IMG/VR virus record: IMGVR_UViG_2681813004_000006
Location: 1-6,047 of that record
Length of the DNA: 6,047 nt
From: a virus
Lineage: Duplodnaviria; Heunggongvirae; Uroviricota; Caudoviricetes
Strand: one strand, 5' to 3'
Below are positions 5,866 to 6,047 of the stretch, piece after piece. Within the stretch, counting starts at the first letter, position 1. The number at the start of each line of letters is the position of its first letter. The translations under genes were made by a program, and so were the position numbers. The notes under the pieces are model-generated. The model did not search any database and was not told the DNA's origin. It worked only from the letters and a program-made list of their open reading frames with translations.

Positions 5866-6047
5866 ATGTACCAGATGGAAAAAATCACAACAGGTGTGTC
5901 ATACACCACGTCAGCGGTAGGGACGGGATACTGGTTACTGCAACTGCTGGACAAAGTCTCTCCGTCCCAGTGGGTGGCAATAGGTGTACTGGGGAGTCTG
6001 CTGTTTGGCCTGCTGACGTATCTGACTAACCTGTATTTCAAAATCAG
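5866..6047 (+). CDS. Lambdoid class-I holin (S-like), 5' portion; continues beyond the window end
   Basis: Translation [60 protein letters not shown]... matches lambdoid-prophage S holins from memory. Dual-start motif (Met1 and Met4), SD GGGAG 7 nt upstream, hydrophobic TM segments. Not in the ORF track because no stop falls inside the window. Confidence 0.85.
   Translation, partial: MYQMEKITTGVSYTTSAVGTGYWLLQLLDKVSPSQWVAIGVLGSLLFGLLTYLTNLYFKI

Noticed and set aside
5838-6041. Minus-strand 67-aa ORF overlapping the holin start
   Set aside because: Antisense to a holin reading frame supported by a dual-start motif, SD and hydrophobic TM segments.

Overview
This window reads as the late-regulatory to lysis-proximal segment of a lambdoid (E. 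coli-type) prophage, all on the + strand except one small gene. Order: 3' end of a DUF968/HNH-like gene, rusA (Holliday-junction resolvase), a Q-type antiterminator, a PR'/tR'-like promoter-terminator module, a small winged-helix-like ORF, a beta-class DNA methyltransferase (DPPY ... FxGxG), three tightly packed tRNA genes plus a 35-nt tRNA-Tyr 5' fragment, an AT-rich cargo (moron) island carrying a PerC-family (Pch-like) regulator, a convergent YlcI-like small gene, an N-terminally truncated NanS-p-like esterase, and the start of a class-I holin with a dual-start motif. This is the position where Stx phages carry stx (between the tRNA array and nanS-p); here it holds the PerC-like regulator instead. 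I found no system I can defend as wholly undescribed. The most notable points are the sharply bounded cargo island, an in-frame amber codon separating the methyltransferase start from its catalytic DPPY motif, a degenerate middle tRNA, and a small HTH ORF plus perfect 12-bp palindrome upstream of the methyltransferase. All calls rest on reading the sequence and recalled family motifs; no database search was run.
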